Source: Haliotis rubra (taxonomy: Eukaryota). From it: 64,000 bases of DNA. The position numbers and the translations under genes are program-made. Of the stretch, positions 63,507-64,000 are shown one piece after another. Location of the stretch: NCBI RefSeq assembly GCF_003918875.1, contig NW_025767301.1, positions 2,976,001 to 3,040,000 on the forward strand. The letters are read 5' to 3'. The stretch's first letter is position 1, and each line of letters starts with the position of its first letter. The notes under the pieces were generated by a model. That model was given only the letters and a program-made list of their open reading frames with translations. It searched no databases and was not told the origin of the DNA.

Positions 63507-64000
63507 TAAAACATGTAGACACAACAAGATTTTATTTAATGATCAGTTTCCTAATTCAGAAAAAAATTCTTACGCCCTATGGGATCTTTTTCTTCGGATA
63601 ATTGAGACTCTCAGACTTTGGCGTTGTATTATACTTGAAATGGATACTTGTCATAACTCAGTAAAGCATTATTGTTTCTGTAAATGATCAAACCTACGGG
63701 CATTACAGGAAACAGTAGAAAATACGATCATCGTGGCACTATTTTGTGGATCTGAATACTTGTTGGTTACTCTTTAATTCTGGATTTTGGGACATCTTTT
63801 CGCAGGCAAAGAGAAACAGCTTGCTCCAAATGATATATCCGATACTTCACGAATTAGGAAGATATATCATCAAATATATTATATATATTTGGCTGCAACT
63901 GTTATTTTGTAACTCTGTCCGCTCTTCATGTGACCAGGTAACGGTTACAAACACCCTACAGGCGTTGTTGACATTTTGGGAAAAGATAATGAATATATTT

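Overview
Animal (eukaryotic) genomic DNA, not prokaryotic: there are no operons or CRISPR arrays. The interspersed repeats look molluscan and resemble abalone (Haliotis) repeats as I recall them; this is unverified. The only host gene I can support is the last three coding exons of DRC7/CCDC135 (+ strand, 966-2181) with its 3' UTR. The remaining ~61 kb appears intergenic and is repeat-dense. It holds a 9.3 kb 38-bp satellite, 56-bp, 31-bp and ~45-bp minisatellites, and at least four short retroposon families, several with clean TSDs. It also holds a hAT MITE nested in a SINE, palindromic MITEs, a Gypsy-type solo LTR, two decayed Tc1 transposases, a ~2.7-3.7 kb inverted duplication and four N-gaps. 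Nearly all ORFs in the supplied track are artefacts of repeats. The best candidate for something new is a ~245-bp retroposon family with no tRNA head, a fixed 5' end and a predicted pseudoknot plus hairpin at that end (candidate structured or self-cleaving 5' RNA). Hammerhead-like relics next to the large satellite are a weaker second lead. Both are inferences that need testing.
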